In this document: piece by piece, positions 22,858-28,860 of the stretch
How positions within the stretch are numbered: position 1 is the first letter of the stretch
Layout: every line of letters starts with the position of its first letter
Source: a virus
Length of the DNA: 40,383 nt
Reading direction: 5' to 3' (one strand)
IMG/VR virus record: IMGVR_UViG_3300022542_001227
Coordinates: 1 to 40,383 of that record
Translations under genes and position numbers: made by a program
The notes under the pieces: generated by a model
Databases searched by the model: none
What the model saw: the letters and a program-made list of their open reading frames with translations, nothing else
What the model was told of the DNA's origin: nothing

Positions 22858-23259
22858 CTACCTGTTTCTCCTTTCGGTTACATGAGGCGTAAAGATACAA
22901 AGCATTGAACCATACATAGGATGTTTACCACTATCTAATTGCAAGCGACCTCTAAAACCCAAGATTTTAGCATTAGGTACAATCAAATCAAAAAACCAGG
23001 CTGCATCAGGTACGTGCGGCAACAACATTACCGTTATGTTTCCTTTCTTTTGTTCTTTTATTGCCCTTTTAATCCAGGGTATCTTATCTGAATAAGGGGG
23101 ATTCACATAATTCATTCTAGACCATTCTATTTTTAGACCGTCCCAATCTGGATGTTCTCTTAACGGACAGGGGTCAAAGAATCCACCAAACAAATCAAGT
23201 AACCACCTGGGGCTAGGACTTGAATCTTTTGAACCCCTTGTAACCGATTGATTAATCAA
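22858..23259 (-). CDS. Phage Dam-type N6-adenine DNA methyltransferase (133 aa)
   Basis: WLLDLFGGFFDPCP followed by YVNPPYS (NPPY catalytic motif) and IPWIKRA. Size and layout match the small phage Dam family. TTG start after GGGAG. Confidence 0.8.
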   Translation of the reverse strand: MINQSVTRGSKDSSPSPRWLLDLFGGFFDPCPLREHPDWDGLKIEWSRMNYVNPPYSDKIPWIKRAIKEQKKGNITVMLLPHVPDAAWFFDLIVPNAKILGFRGRLQLDSGKHPMYGSMLCIFTPHVTERRNR

Positions 23260-23390
23260 TTATCTAACAACTCCCTTTTCTTTCTATTTGTAACAATTTG
23301 AGGATAGCATTTAGGACAACGCCATAAACAATCAGTGCAATTACAAGAATGGTTACAGTCTGGCTCGTTCCCCTTTGGCTGTTCTGTCAT
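23256..23390 (-). CDS. Cys-rich micro-protein (44 aa)
   Basis: Hand translation MTEQPKGNEPDCNHSCNCTDCLWRCPKCYPQIVTNRKKRELLDN. ATGA overlap. Confidence 0.4.
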   Translation of the reverse strand: MTEQPKGNEPDCNHSCNCTDCLWRCPKCYPQIVTNRKKRELLDN

Positions 23391-23560
23391 TTGACTCGTC
23401 TGACTCCTTCATCTGCTGAATGTTTTTCACATAATCCAATTCTAACATTATTACCATTCCATGATTTCATGATAAATCCTGTAAAAACAGGTTTACCACA
23501 CATTCCAGTTTTTGATAAATATCTTAAACAAGTCTCCTTGCTCTTTGTAGAATCGGGCAT
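23387..23560 (-). CDS. Small Cys-containing protein (57 aa)
   Basis: Hand translation MPDSTKSKETCLRYLSKTGMCGKPVFTGFIMKSWNGNNVRIGLCEKH... AGGAG lies 11 nt upstream. Confidence 0.45.
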   Translation of the reverse strand: MPDSTKSKETCLRYLSKTGMCGKPVFTGFIMKSWNGNNVRIGLCEKHSADEGVRRVK

Positions 23561-23594
23561 CAGGCTTTATCTCCTGAACCGAATGAATGTTTTG

Positions 23595-23711
23595 TCAAAT
23601 TAACTCATCCTCCAAATCGTATGGAGTAAAACCAATATCTCTTTTCCAGATAATTAGATTGGCATACCTGATAAATGCTATAATTGGATTCTCAATTTGA
23701 CGTTTATTCAA
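23595..23711 (-). CDS. Possible small protein (38 aa)
   Basis: Hand translation (M)NKRQIENPIIAFIRYANLIIWKRDIGFTPYDLEDELI. Requires a TTG start. Confidence 0.3.
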   Translation of the reverse strand: MNKRQIENPIIAFIRYANLIIWKRDIGFTPYDLEDELI

Positions 23712-23811
23712 TTTCGCTTACCTCATTTTTCCTATCTTCCATAATCTGACATTCATGACAAAATTTGTATGTGTGAGTATTACAATCTGGACAATTATTC
23801 AACTCGGTCAT
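23704..23811 (-). CDS. Zinc-ribbon micro-protein (35 aa)
   Basis: Hand translation MTELNNCPDCNTHTYKFCHECQIMEDRKNEVSEIE. AAGGAG lies 9 nt upstream. ATGA overlap. Confidence 0.4.
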   Translation of the reverse strand: MTELNNCPDCNTHTYKFCHECQIMEDRKNEVSEIE

Positions 23812-23897
23812 TGACCATCACTCCTTTCCTCACCACATTGAGGACAGAAAACCCATGTTTCGTCTAATTCAAAACTACAAGAAATACACTCTTTCAT
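23808..23897 (-). CDS. Zinc-ribbon micro-protein (29 aa)
   Basis: Hand translation MKECISCSFELDETWVFCPQCGEERSDGQ. TAATG overlap with 23897..24349. Confidence 0.4.
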   Translation of the reverse strand: MKECISCSFELDETWVFCPQCGEERSDGQ

Positions 23898-24349
23898 TAT
23901 TGTTTATACAACTCCACCATACTGTACAAAAATACTTGTGCAAGTATACTTCTTTCTTTTGCATTTTTATCAACAATAATTGGGCCTTCTTTTGTTGGCA
24001 TTCCAGTTTCATCTTTTGGTACTTGTGATTCAGCATACTTTTTTGCTGCTGGCCATAGATCATATAACATTCTTTCAGAATCTTTTAGTTTTTGTTCTGG
24101 TGTTCTAGTTGGTTTTGAAGGGATTGCACCACGTGCTTCTTTAACTTTGAAAATTGGTTTCATATCAAAGTACTTGTGGATTGCAGAAATTTCATCATAC
24201 ACTGCATTTCGTTCTTTAGTAGATTTTGATTTATCAAAAAACAAATCACATAGTTCTTTTCTTCTTGCATGGATTACATCTAGTGCACCTGCATCATGTT
24301 GATCACGTGGCTTTTTCATTAATTCTTGTACTGTTTTATCTGGTTCCAA
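23897..24349 (-). CDS. Hypothetical protein (150 aa)
   Basis: Track ORF. TTG start 5 nt after GGTGA. An alternative ATG lies at 24319. Confidence 0.5.
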   Translation of the reverse strand: MEPDKTVQELMKKPRDQHDAGALDVIHARRKELCDLFFDKSKSTKERNAVYDEISAIHKYFDMKPIFKVKEARGAIPSKPTRTPEQKLKDSERMLYDLWPAAKKYAESQVPKDETGMPTKEGPIIVDKNAKERSILAQVFLYSMVELYKQ

Positions 24350-24358
24350 TCATTTCAC

Positions 24359-24559
24359 CTATTGAGATTTTAATTTCCTATATTCATTTAATTTTGATTC
24401 GTTGATTCTAATGTTAATTGAAATGTTTGCACCAATTGCTGGATCAAAACCATCTGTAATTACAGGGTTCATTATTGCTTTTGCTTCTGTTGCTTCTTGG
24501 ATTATATTTTGTACTTCCATCATTTTTCTAACTACATAATCATCTATTGATTCTACCAA
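24359..24559 (-). CDS. Hypothetical protein (66 aa)
   Basis: Track ORF. The TTG start abuts the stop of 24560..24718. Confidence 0.45.
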   Translation of the reverse strand: MVESIDDYVVRKMMEVQNIIQEATEAKAIMNPVITDGFDPAIGANISINIRINESKLNEYRKLKSQ

Positions 24560-24718
24560 TTATTTCAGCCTCTTTTTGTCTTTAGAAATTGCAGAATTTA
24601 TTGCATTAATCATGTATGAAGGTAATGAACCTAGGGTATATTTTTCTAGAAAAGTATTCCATTTCTTAACATCTGTTTTTAATGCTCTAATATTTGTCCA
24701 CTTGCTTGTTTTAACCAT
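24560..24718 (-). CDS. Small basic protein (52 aa), first gene of a motif-driven unit
   Basis: Hand translation MVKTSKWTNIRALKTDVKKWNTFLEKYTLGSLPSYMINAINSAISKDKKRLK. The ATG abuts the GTAGCAAAATGCTAC palindrome. Confidence 0.45.
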   Translation of the reverse strand: MVKTSKWTNIRALKTDVKKWNTFLEKYTLGSLPSYMINAINSAISKDKKRLK

Positions 24719-24748
24719 GTAGCATTTTGCTACAAGACATTATATAAA
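24719..24748 (-). promoter_or_regulatory. Motif promoter 7: TTTATATA at -30, palindrome GTAGCA-AAA-TGCTAC abutting the ATG
   Basis: Palindrome at 24719-24733. Confidence 0.6.
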
Positions 24749-24752
24749 GATT

Positions 24753-25565
24753 TTATTTTCTATTGTACAAAGATCTTAAAACCCTTCGTTGTCGCCATCT
24801 AGATAAATGGCGGTTCAATATGCCTGAACTTCCAAATCTATCTTGCATTCTTGGAATGCTGCTTATTGTATCCCAATAGAAATTTTGTTTCTGTAGTATT
24901 CCATTAACATATCCAGGCTTTGCATATGGCCCCATTAGTGATTCATTGGGATTTGCTAAATCATGTCTTCCAATTAGTGAATGAAATATTTCATGCATTG
25001 CAATTTGTAATGTTGGCTGACTGGCTCTCATTATTAAATTACCTAGTCTATCAGTTTGTCCTGGATGGAAATTTATAGGATCAACAAAGTGTGCTTCAAC
25101 TGGCCAACCTAATGAAGTAAAATACCAATTGCTTTCTGGTGAATCATTGAATTCTATTACACCATTAAATTTTGAATTTGGATAATATAGATATGCATGT
25201 GCAAGTACTCCAAGTTTGTTTCCAAATGTTTCAATATCTTCACGCCATTCAATTGTAAGATCAGTTTTGATTCCAGTGAGTTTTTGAAAATCTAATTTTA
25301 TTTTTGTTAATTTTTGAAAAGAATTGAATGCTTCTTGAAATGTAGTTAGCTGTGCTTTACCAGTCATATCGGGTGTATGATCTATAAATTTCCAATCAAA
25401 ATATTTTTTATCAGGTGGCCAATTGAATTTCCATATATCTTGGCCAATATCTATTTCATCAACAATCTCACCGTCTAGTGTGTTTAGTACATAGTTGATT
25501 GTTTTACCTGGGTTATCTTCTTGAACTAGTGAACATCTGATTTGATCAGTACTGAAATTAACCAT
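24753..25565 (-). CDS. Matrixin-like (metzincin) zinc metalloprotease, no signal peptide (270 aa)
   Basis: HEIFHSLIGRH zinc site at 24963-24995 followed by an SLMGPY Met-turn. Upstream TDLTIEWRED and GVLAHAYLYYPNSKFNGVIEFNDSPESNWYF parallel the matrixin blocks aDImI.F and GtLAHAf.P...G..HFDd.E.W. Confidence 0.7.
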   Translation of the reverse strand: MVNFSTDQIRCSLVQEDNPGKTINYVLNTLDGEIVDEIDIGQDIWKFNWPPDKKYFDWKFIDHTPDMTGKAQLTTFQEAFNSFQKLTKIKLDFQKLTGIKTDLTIEWREDIETFGNKLGVLAHAYLYYPNSKFNGVIEFNDSPESNWYFTSLGWPVEAHFVDPINFHPGQTDRLGNLIMRASQPTLQIAMHEIFHSLIGRHDLANPNESLMGPYAKPGYVNGILQKQNFYWDTISSIPRMQDRFGSSGILNRHLSRWRQRRVLRSLYNRK

Positions 25566-25570
25566 GTTAA

Positions 25571-25600
25571 ATTAAAATAAAAAAAGAAGATAAAGGTTTC
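25571..25600 (-). repeat. 30-bp conserved intergenic element, copy A (terminator and/or promoter)
   Basis: Gene-sense GAAACCTTTATCTTCTTTTTTTATTTTAAT, identical to 35989-36018. Lies between a stop codon and the next ATG. Confidence 0.8.
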
Positions 25601-26133
25601 TAGTTGTTCCAGGCTTGATCGTTCATTACACGTTTCTTTTCAGCAATTGCTTCTGCCATTTGTTTTTGTGCATCTACAATATCTTTACTAACTGCATCAA
25701 TTTCTTCTGAAAAATTATCCTTTAGTGTTGGATATTGTTCTTTCATTGAATTGAATTTTGCAAGTAGTTTTTCACTTCTAACAATATCATCAGCATAAAA
25801 TTGTATCATTTGATTCAATTGTTTGGCCATGTTAGTGCGTGCCCAATTGCCATTTGGACTTCTTAACCCACTTGATACTACTGCAGCAATCTTTTGTCCT
25901 TGGGTAATACCCAGCATCAAAATACCTGCACCTGCAATACTAAACACAACACCTTGGAATAATCCAAGATCAATTGTTCCAGTTACAACAATGTTATCTT
26001 TGCCATTCCAAACACCAATGATTACTGTTGCAGCATATGTTGCAACAATTAGTACAAGTACTACACCAACAACTATCATTGCCATTTCATTCTTGCTTAG
26101 ATTTCCTAATTGGTTAGGATTGTCTTTACTCAT
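25600..26133 (-). CDS. Two-TM membrane protein with C-terminal coiled coil (177 aa), holin-like candidate
   Basis: Hydrophobic helices MAMIVVGVVLVLIVATYAATVIIGVW and LGLFQGVVFSIAGAGILMLGI. Motif-type promoter upstream. Confidence 0.6.
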   Translation of the reverse strand: MSKDNPNQLGNLSKNEMAMIVVGVVLVLIVATYAATVIIGVWNGKDNIVVTGTIDLGLFQGVVFSIAGAGILMLGITQGQKIAAVVSSGLRSPNGNWARTNMAKQLNQMIQFYADDIVRSEKLLAKFNSMKEQYPTLKDNFSEEIDAVSKDIVDAQKQMAEAIAEKKRVMNDQAWNN

Positions 26134-26164
26134 TGAATATGTAGCATATTGTCTACTATTAAAA
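26134..26164 (-). promoter_or_regulatory. Motif promoter 8: TTTTAATA at -31, degenerate palindrome GTAGAC-AATA-TGCTAC, 6-nt spacer to the ATG
   Basis: Motif at 26139-26156. Confidence 0.5.
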
Positions 26165-26446
26165 TTAGTCTGATTTTAGATTAAAGTGCTTTAGTAAAAT
26201 ATCCACTTTTGCAGTAGTAGCTGCTTGTTCTACCTTTACTTCTTCTAACTCTTTGTATAGATCTTTATGAGTATCATGACCATTTTTGGTTTCTTCTTCT
26301 TGGTGTTCTAGTTTATTTCTAAAAATTGTTAGGCATTTATCTTTTTTAATTACATACTTGATCCCTTTGTAAATAAAAGGTGATAAGATAGCTGCAACAC
26401 CAACTGCAGTTCCAGCAGCAATTTCAAGATAAAAATGCTCAGACAT
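26165..26446 (-). CDS. Single-TM membrane protein with charged C-terminus (93 aa)
   Basis: N-terminal helix IAAGTAVGVAAILSPFIY followed by a K/E/H-rich tail. Confidence 0.55.
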   Translation of the reverse strand: MSEHFYLEIAAGTAVGVAAILSPFIYKGIKYVIKKDKCLTIFRNKLEHQEEETKNGHDTHKDLYKELEEVKVEQAATTAKVDILLKHFNLKSD

Positions 26447-26505
26447 AGGATGATGAAAGTATGCATGTATTTAAGAAATGATTTATGCCTAGGTTATTGT
26501 GTAAT

Positions 26506-26535
26506 ATTTATTACATGCTACATGAAATATGCTAC
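26506..26535 (+). promoter_or_regulatory. Motif promoter 9 (plus strand): ATTTATTA at -30, tandem ATGCTACATG-N4-ATGCTACATG
   Basis: Copies at 26515-26524 and 26529-26538. Confidence 0.55.
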
Positions 26536-26769
26536 ATGAATCAAAACAAAAAAGCATTGATAATTACATTATCAGTATTAGCTACTGTGATTGTAATTTC
26601 TACTGGGTTCAGTTATGCAACACATATTGATGAATCTGATCCAGATTGGCAATGTAAAAAATGGATAGGTATAACAGAACTTGCAAAACAAGGTTATCCA
26701 CATTTTCTTGAAGATAGTTTAACTATGGGCAAGATGAAATGTGGTTTTGACATTAGTGAATTTATTTAA
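26536..26769 (+). CDS. Small secreted or membrane-anchored protein (77 aa); the only plus-strand gene
   Basis: Track ORF 26485..26769 trimmed to the ATG at 26536, which abuts the second ATGCTAC copy. MNQNKKALIITLSVLATVIVISTGFSYA is a signal or anchor-like segment. Two Cys residues. Confidence 0.55.
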   Translation: MNQNKKALIITLSVLATVIVISTGFSYATHIDESDPDWQCKKWIGITELAKQGYPHFLEDSLTMGKMKCGFDISEFI

Positions 26770-26787
26770 TTCACTTTTTTATTTTTT
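26770..26787 (+). terminator. Oligo-T tract after the plus-strand gene
   Basis: ttcacTTTTTTATTTTTTc between the convergent stops at 26769 and 26788. Oligo-T runs are the usual archaeal termination signal. Confidence 0.4.
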
Positions 26788-28854
26788 CTAACTTGTAACA
26801 GATGCATCAAAATCAAATCCATACCAATTACCATTTACATTTCTAACCCACAATCTAAGTAATAATCCAGTATCCCATCCCATTGCACCTTCATGATCTC
26901 CCAATGCAGCATCCATGTTTGCTTTAGTTTTTGAGCCAGGTAATGAACCAGATGGAATTGCAAGCAGTCCCAATGTTCCAATATTAGCAGCAGCATTATC
27001 AACTTGAATTCCAATTTCTGCTAGTTGTGCAGATAGTATTCTACTACCAGTTTTTATTGTAATATCTGCAACATCAACAAGATCACCATCACCCATATCA
27101 ATCGCACCACCCAACATATTGAGAGTGCTACCAGAACCATTTGCTTGCAATACATCAAATCCAGTAATATCACCTCCACTCATATTCAAAAGTGATCCAG
27201 CACCACTAAAAATTAAATCATCTATTGATGTAATATCATTTGAATTCATATTCACATTTGTAAACATGTTAATTATAGATGCACCAATACCAAACTTTTG
27301 AGAACCATTTATAGTAACAAGTAACCCATCACCAGTTGGAACATTAATCAAAAGGTTAGGATCATCAAAGTGAATATATGGAATAGTTGATAATAATGAA
27401 GATTGATTTGCATTTCTAAATTCTATCCCTCTAAAATCTTGTAACAAAAAATTATCTGCATCTATATTAGTAGTCCAAGGGGTTTGCGAACCGCCACCAG
27501 TTGTTAAATCTACTGCAGCTAGTCCATCACCAACAAAAAATGGTCTTGAAATACCAGCCACATCTTTTACATAAAACATTCCTTCATTAACACCAGCAGT
27601 TGGATCAGCCCTCTCACCCATTCTAACAAATCCAGTATTGAGTATTAGATTTCTATCAGATGTTAATTCAAATCTATCAGTTCCGAAAAACATTGTATTC
27701 ACATTATCATTTACAACATTGATTCTTCCAGAAGAAGCAGAACCAGTAAAGTACGTATCACCACCACCATCAAAAAATAATTTACTCGTATCTAATCCAG
27801 ACTGTAAAATAAGATCTTGAACTATTTCAACATCTTCTACCATTCTAATTCGTTCATCATTTGCAGAATTAATGATCATGAATGGTTTGAATTGTGTTGT
27901 TGCACCAGTATCAAATGATGTTGCAAATATCATACTTGATGCAATTCTACCAGCAGTAACATTTTCATATTCAACTGCAATTTGAGAATACACTTGTGAA
28001 GCCAGTGCTGAATCAGTACCGATAAATCTTAGTTTACCAAATTCATCATCATTAGCTGGGCTTGGATCATCTCGAAATATATCAATACGTGGTACTGCAG
28101 ATGCATCTAATGCATTTGTTTCAACTGTTAAAACAGTATCATTATTTACACCTTCTCTATTTAGTTGCATAATTGTTTCATTACTATTAGTCCAGAACCA
28201 TTGTTTTTGATCAGCGATATTGTAAACCATGTTGGATACACCATCCAAGTAAATTGATGGATCATCAGCAGAAGCAGGTGCAGCACTATCTGAAACAAAT
28301 CTTAATCTATCAATGTTAATTCCATCAAATGTTGCAAAATTAATATCCTTTGTAGCAATATGATTTCCAAGATTATCACCTGCAAGTGTTAGCCATTTGT
28401 CACCACTTTCAACATTCCATAGCATTAGTGTAAAAGTTCCATCTGGTATTGTAATGTCTGCAGTATTTGTAAAATGTCCACCAGTTTTTAGAATAAGATC
28501 TTTACCTGTTTCTGGATGTAAGAATTTTATTTGGCCATCATTAATTGGTGATTCAAGAAAAAATAAATTTAAAGGATCATCAGTTGGGTGTGATACAATT
28601 GCGTTTGTATGTGCAGCAGGGATTTCACCAGCAGGTGATAATAGTTTTGTAATTTCTTGATCAAGTGGTGCAAGTGTGAATAATGTAGATAGTCCAGTGT
28701 TTAATGCTCCAAAACTTTCAAGTGATGTTCTACCAGTTCCAACTGATAAATCAGATACTTGTTGTTGATTGTTTACTTGATTTTCTAATTCTAACAGTCT
28801 TGAAAATATATTATTAAGTTCAGTATCTTCACCAGGTAGTTCTGCAAAAACCAT
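26788..28854 (-). CDS. Tail fibre / tail spike-like protein (688 aa)
   Basis: Position after the tail hub gene. N-terminal coiled segment followed by a long N/D/G/S/T-rich beta-type sequence. Confidence 0.6.
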   Translation of the reverse strand: MVFAELPGEDTELNNIFSRLLELENQVNNQQQVSDLSVGTGRTSLESFGALNTGLSTLFTLAPLDQEITKLLSPAGEIPAAHTNAIVSHPTDDPLNLFFLESPINDGQIKFLHPETGKDLILKTGGHFTNTADITIPDGTFTLMLWNVESGDKWLTLAGDNLGNHIATKDINFATFDGINIDRLRFVSDSAAPASADDPSIYLDGVSNMVYNIADQKQWFWTNSNETIMQLNREGVNNDTVLTVETNALDASAVPRIDIFRDDPSPANDDEFGKLRFIGTDSALASQVYSQIAVEYENVTAGRIASSMIFATSFDTGATTQFKPFMIINSANDERIRMVEDVEIVQDLILQSGLDTSKLFFDGGGDTYFTGSASSGRINVVNDNVNTMFFGTDRFELTSDRNLILNTGFVRMGERADPTAGVNEGMFYVKDVAGISRPFFVGDGLAAVDLTTGGGSQTPWTTNIDADNFLLQDFRGIEFRNANQSSLLSTIPYIHFDDPNLLINVPTGDGLLVTINGSQKFGIGASIINMFTNVNMNSNDITSIDDLIFSGAGSLLNMSGGDITGFDVLQANGSGSTLNMLGGAIDMGDGDLVDVADITIKTGSRILSAQLAEIGIQVDNAAANIGTLGLLAIPSGSLPGSKTKANMDAALGDHEGAMGWDTGLLLRLWVRNVNGNWYGFDFDASVTS

Positions 28855-28860
28855 TATAGA

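Noticed and set aside
23160-23220. Locally GC-richer stretch in the Dam gene as evidence of a horizontally acquired island
   Set aside because: This was an eyeball estimate from two 60-nt lines. A windowed composition calculation that I cannot run would be needed.
1365-26538. The recurring ATGCTAC and palindrome copies as a CRISPR-like array or MITE family
   Set aside because: The copies are 3-8 kb apart and always at gene starts. There are no regular spacers, no target-site duplications and no flanking terminal inverted repeats.
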